From contig OZ024760.1 in NCBI GenBank assembly GCA_964016885.1, positions 23,188,001 through 23,252,000 on the forward strand: DNA of 64,000 nucleotides. The letters run 5' to 3'. Numbering within the stretch: the first letter of the stretch is position 1; every line of letters starts with the position of its first letter. This DNA is from Eledone cirrhosa (lineage: Eukaryota). Of the stretch, positions 58,328-64,000 are shown in pieces. The position numbers and the translations under genes are program-made. Under the pieces are notes generated by a model. The model was not told the origin of the DNA. It worked only from the letters and a program-made list of their open reading frames with translations, and did not search any database.

Positions 58328-58937
58328 TGTCAGGTCACCAGTTGGTGCTACTGGTAACATGTATCCCAGTACAACCTGTCTCAGGGTCGGGTCGTTGGCG
58401 ACTAAACTGGCAACCCTACCAAGGTTTCTTGGTGAGGAGGGTTACTTTGGATATCCTGCAGGACTGAAAACAAAATCTGTCAAAGGGAAAAGGAGCTCTT
58501 AAGAATCAATGGCCATCCAAAATCACCGGGAGAGATGACCTCTTAGCCTTTGTCAAATCAGAATTCTAGAAGAAGGAAAACTCTGATATAACACCTGCAA
58601 CCCTGATGGTATCCAATAATGTTGACTTGTTCTTCTTTTTGGTAAATATCATCTTGGTTAAGAGAGTGGGGACTGGCTTTGTGCAGTGCCTTTGCTCACT
58701 ATAAAAGCTTCACGGCACAGGCATTGCTTTATATCTGGAGATCTCTCTGCACTTGTCGTCACATGGTACCATGGGCCCAGCACTATGTGTCAATAATTGT
58801 CACAAGTGTAGTGTTTGTACCAGAGTGTTCAAGTCGCTGGCTGGACTAAAAAGTCGCACTTGTTCAGCGCATCGGTAGGGGTTCTCCTACATGGATATAA
58901 AGTAGTGGCCGTACTCGAAAACGAGTTGGCAGCCACC
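58328..58937 (+). mobile_element. Non-coding interspersed element, possibly an RTE-related non-autonomous element
   Basis: Second copy at 14440-14782. GAAGGAAAACTCTGA resembles RTE 5' UTR motifs (recalled, unverified). Confidence 0.6.
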
Positions 58938-59475
58938 ATATATACATATATATATATATATGTATATATATATACATATATATATGTGTGTGTTCATTTG
59001 CGATATTTTTCTGGTATTACTAATTCTGTTAGTGTCTATATTTGGGTTAGGTTGTCTATGGCGACTATGATAATGATAGTATGGATGGTTAATTATATAT
59101 TTATATATATGCATGTATATATATATATATATGTATATACACACACACAGCTATACATATATATATACGGGGATGCAAAATATGAATGTGTTTGCGCATA
59201 TATCTATTTATGTACATCCTTACACACACATATACACATCTATCTATATATATCAATGTATATCTATCTGTATATATATCTAATATATATATATATATAT
59301 AGATATATACACTGTATATTGCCAAATATTCTATACATTATTGTCAAATATACTATTCATATATAGTTCCCTAGTTCAGAACACCAATCCTAATAACTAA
59401 TGTTTGCTGGACCGGCAATAGCTCTGTATAATCAGCTCCTGATTATTATTCGAATTATATAAGAATCCAGCTGCT

Positions 59476-59572
59476 ATAATTTTCGGCAGAAGCAGAGGAG
59501 TACGTCACTCTGATGAACGCTAACCAGCCTGAAACAGACTGTCAGCTTCTCTCCCTTCTTTCGCCGAAAATA
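59476..59572 (+). ncRNA. Type-I hammerhead motif with a long bulged stem I
   Basis: TTTTCGGCAGAAG..GAGGAG..CT-CTGATGA(59510)-ACGCT-AACC-AGCCT-GAAA-CAG-A-CTG-TC-AG-CTTCTC..CTTCTTTCGCCGAAAA. Confidence 0.65.
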
Positions 59573-59709
59573 AGTAATTGACATAGTCACTACTTCAAAA
59601 CTGATATCGTATGGTCTTCTAAATGTTTTTTATTAAGCGTATAGTATATTGCCAAATATACTATACATACATTCATATATACATCGCTATTCCACAGCAC
59701 AAATCCTTA

Positions 59710-59756
<47 letters not shown>

Positions 59757-59758
59757 AT

Positions 59759-59797
<39 letters not shown>

Positions 59798-59834
59798 TAT
59801 ATGTATAGATGTATAGATATACATATCTATACAT

Positions 59835-60150
59835 ATACATATAGATATGTATATGTATGTATATGTATGTATATGTATGTATATGTATAGATATGTATAT
59901 GTATAGATATGTATATGTATAGATATGTATATATATGTATATGTATATATATGTATATGTATATGTATATATATGTATATATATATATATGTATATGTAT
60001 ATATATGTATATGTATATATATGTATATGTATAGATATGTATATGTATAGATATGTATATGTATAGATATGTATATGTATAGATATGTATATGTATAGAT
60101 ATGTATATGTATAGATATGTATATGTATAGATATGTATATGTATAGATGT
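59835..60150. repeat. (TATGTA/TAGATA)n 6-16-bp satellite
   Basis: Direct reading of the sequence. Confidence 0.88.
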
Positions 60151-60502
60151 AATATATGTATACATATATATGTATACATATATATGTATGTGTGTGTAGA
60201 GAGAGAGAAGGGGGTGGGGGGGGGAGATAGCTCGATAGTAATATAGATATACAATGTGTTATGTTGGTATTTGTAGGTGACATAATAAAGGAGGAGATGA
60301 GAGGTATAAGAGACAGTCGATGTTCCCGTTGAAAGGATAAAAGAAACAGTAAAGTGGTGATAGTTAGAATAGGAATAAATAATTTGGATAAAGCTAACAG
60401 GAATTGGAACTGAAGAGAATGGTAAACCAATGAGGATTTTACATGACCAGTATAATAGGGCTTTGACAACAAGTGTCTTTTATATAGATTGCCTTGTATA
60501 TG

Positions 60503-60553
<51 letters not shown>

Positions 60554-60638
60554 TTGTGTGTTTCAATGTGCGAGTGAAGTTGTGTCAATATATTCGCATA
60601 AATATATGTATATATATTATATATAAGTATATATAAAA

Positions 60639-60700
<62 letters not shown>

Positions 60701-60983
60701 CGTCATATAAATATATACATATTTATATGTATGTATGTATGTGTGTGTGTAAATATATATATAAATATATATATATGTATGTACATTTAAATATATGTAT
60801 GTATATATAAATATATATGTATGTATATAAATAAATATATATATATGTATGTATATATATATGTATATATATATATACGCAGATAGACTCACTCACACAC
60901 ACACATATGTATAGCAATATATAAATATATATACACAAACACACATGTGTGTATATATATATATATATATGTGTATATATATA

Positions 60984-61014
<31 letters not shown>

Positions 61015-61059
61015 GTATATAAATAAATATATATACACACACACATTTAACACTCAAAC

Positions 61060-61146
<87 letters not shown>

Positions 61147-61534
61147 GTCCAATGCTATCAACGCTTCCTGTCAATCTTGAAAAGATTATCACTCTTTTTC
61201 AACGCTAGTGTAAGCTGCACGTTTCTATAATTGCATTGACTGTCTCTTGTCAATCTTACCTTTCTATCCTTATTTTCGAATCCGGTGGCCATTAATCTTG
61301 AAATAGACACGTCATTCTTTGCCTTGTAAATGTTCGCTTCTTCTCCATCCAACTCTCTCTCTACTTATTACATAATTCTTGAAAAGTCTTTCCTTCTAGT
61401 CAATGTAATATGTATGAAGGCAGCAAGGAAAACTACTATTTGACACTGAAGGATTTTCGATTGTTGTCCAGAAGCAAATTCTTCCTCACCAGAAAATAAA
61501 AACCATAAGACATTAATTAAGAGAATTGCAGTGT

Positions 61535-61752
61535 ACTGACAGTATTGGTAGAAAAACTGGCACCATGTTTTGCAGCAGCATAGAGTTATGACCCTTTACG
61601 TTGTGAGTTCACATCCTGCCAAAGTTAGCTATGCCTTTCTCTCTTTACGGGGGTCGATAAAATGAAGCACCAGTAATGTACTGGGGGTGGATTTAATCGA
61701 CCTTCTCTCCCTACAAAATTGCTGGCCTTGTCCAAATAGTAAAAAGCGATAA
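61535..61752 (+). mobile_element. Diverged Meta-domain SINE
   Basis: GAGTTCACATCC..GGGGTCGATAAAATGAAGCACCAG..GCTGGCCTTGT. Confidence 0.75.
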
Positions 61753-61882
61753 TTTGGAGAATTACCAATACGTTCCTCTATGTCATTTTTTTGGTAGTAT
61801 TTGCACGTATTTTTTCGCCCCGAGTTCAAATCCCGCTCTGGTTTGCTTAGTTATTTTATGCATTGGTTGTCCTCTACTACGT

Positions 61883-62202
61883 CAGGAGTGTGAAGCATAT
61901 TCCATTGGCGGGCTACTTTTGAACATTGGAACAACTATTAGGGCCATTCATATTTATTAAGCACTATTTCAAAGATCCACCACAACTTCATTCCATAACA
62001 AGAAACTGGGAAATTATAACAGGCATAACCCTATCAGTGAAGTTCTTTAGCATAGGTCAACTAACAGAAAATTGTATTACAGCTACGAAAAAAATTTCTA
62101 AATAAGGCTACAAGGTATAAAGTAAAAACGGTCATCGTGGGTCACTCTGACTGCTCTGGTGGGCCAGATTGTGGCTCACGGGCCGCCTGGTGCACGCCCT
62201 TG
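61883..62202. mobile_element. hAT-like MITE, single-unit form
   Basis: CAGGAGTGTGAAGC..TGCACGCCCTTG with one 55-bp unit at ~62005-62059. Flanks TACTACGT / TATTAGGT match 6/8, a possible 8-bp TSD. Confidence 0.7.
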
Positions 62203-62429
62203 TATTAGGTGGCATATTTGGCAGAGTCGTTATGACGTCGGGCTGAATACTTTTCGGTATCCGTACCGGCTCACTGCTCTTTGATTTCAAATCCCACCGA
62301 GGCCAACTTTGCCTTTCGCCCATTCTAGGTCTAGTACTGGGGTTGATTCTTCCTTTTTATCTCTTTCTCATTTCCATTTTCTCACTATCTATCATTCTCT
62401 TTCTCTCTCTCTATACATATATCTAGATA

Positions 62430-62556
62430 TGACCAACAGTTTATATGGTTCGTTGATTATTCAACGAATTCAATTTTACAATAGATTAGAAGCACTCAAC
62501 AGTTATTTATCTGGAGAATCTATAATATTTCTCATTTATAAATATTTTGAATAACT
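62430..62556 (-). mobile_element. Short element 3' end with bulged hairpin
   Basis: Minus strand reads TCTC-CAG-ATAAATAA-CTG-TT-GAGTGC at 62492-62517. Confidence 0.55.
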
Positions 62557-62565
62557 ATATATATA

Positions 62566-62856
62566 GAGTTCAAATCCCGTCGAGGTTAACTTTGCCTTTC
62601 ATCGTTACAGGGTCGATAAAATAAAGTACCAGTAATACACTGGAATAATTGCTGGCCTTGTGCCTAAAGTAGAAACAATTATATATATAGATAGATTTGA
62701 ACTCAGATCGAAAAGGAGCATAGTTACGTCCCTTTACGATCTGAGTTCAAATCCCGCCGAAGTTGACGTTGCCTTTCATCCTTACAGGGGTCGATACAAT
62801 AAAGTACCAGTAATGCACTGGGTAATTGTTGGCCTTGTGGCAAAAGTAGAAACAAT
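62566..62856 (+). mobile_element. Two 5'-truncated Meta-domain SINE copies
   Basis: B-box, core and tail present twice. Confidence 0.85.
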
Positions 62857-63402
62857 ATCTCTATTTCGCTCTGTTTTTTTTTGTATTTCTTGGTCTGTAT
62901 GTGGGGGTTTTGATTTAAAAAAGTGATGATGAGAATGAAGGTCCTGGGAAGAAAGGGGTTTGTTGATGATAATAATGATGATGATGACACTGATTATTCA
63001 ATTAGCACTAATAGAGACAACGAGGAAACTTGACATAACTATTACAAATATCAAACAAAACGTGATACTATTTACTCCTAAAAAAAACGGGAACTATTTC
63101 TAATTCCAGTTGCAGTGAGAAATAATTAACCCTAAATTATTTAGGTTTTGCTAAAAGCTTGACGAGAATACGCGTGGATGGGCGAGAATGGGTGAGAACG
63201 TGTTAGGAAACAGATATATATGTCTGTACTGTTGTGTGAATAGTGTTAGTTAAGATGTTAACAATAGAGGAAGATCACCTGATGACAAGACAGAGATATA
63301 ATGAAACGGTTGGTATTTCGGGTAATAGGTTTAGAGAGGATAACCTAATTTACTAATTATTTTGGCAGGTACGGCAGTGGTTTATATATATATATATATA
63401 TT

Positions 63403-64000
63403 GACACAGACACACACACACACACATACATACACACAGACACACACATACAGACAGGCAGGCAGACAGCCAGACAGACACACACATAGACGCGCACTCA
63501 CACTCACACACACACACACACACTCACACTCACACTCACACTCACACACTCACACAGACACTCAGATACTCACACACACACACTCATACACACACTCACA
63601 CATACACTCACACACACTCACACACCACACACCACACTCACACACACACTCACACACTCACTCACGCAGACACACATACACACACACAGACACACAAACA
63701 GACACACAAACAGACACACAAACAGACACACAAACACACACAAACAGACACACAAACAGACACACAAACACACACAAACAGACACACAAACAGACACACA
63801 AACAGACACACAGACACACAGACACACAGACACACACACAGACACACACACAGACACACACACAGACACACACACACACCGACACAGACACAGACACACA
63901 CACAAACATACACACACACATACACACACACATATACACACACAGACACACGCACACACACTCATACACACTCACACACACACATACACACACATAGACA
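63403..64000. repeat. (CA)n-derived tract with a 12-bp ACACACAAACAG sub-period
   Basis: Direct reading of the sequence. Confidence 0.93.

Noticed and set aside
61158-61500. Possible LINE C-terminal fragment or exon on the minus strand
   Set aside because: The similarity is too weak to support by eye.

Overview
AT-rich, microsatellite-saturated eukaryotic non-coding DNA with a 200-N assembly gap at 11175-11374. The SINE complement suggests an octopod cephalopod; this is inference, not a database result. No intact host gene can be supported, and almost all listed ORFs are translations of (TA)n, (CA)n, (GA)n, (AAC)n or (CAT)n tracts. Recognisable content: a decayed Tx1/L1-type LINE (zinc-knuckle ORF1 plus RT), R4/Dong-type LINE 3' fragments, three 5'-inverted RTE-type LINE copies, many tRNA-derived Meta-type and CORE-type SINEs, a hAT-like MITE with a 20 x 55-bp internal array, and several minisatellites. 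The most interesting signal is a set of short (about 100-400 bp) elements from several sequence families, mostly inserted in (TA)n and often arranged as head-to-head foldbacks. They carry minimal type-I hammerhead ribozyme motifs, like Penelope-like element termini. Most also share a covarying bulged hairpin, ACTC-stem-loop-stem-TY-GAGT(RC), about 30-65 nt from the 3' end, which I do not recognise as a described motif. All folds and alignments were done by eye; coordinates are approximate to a few bases.
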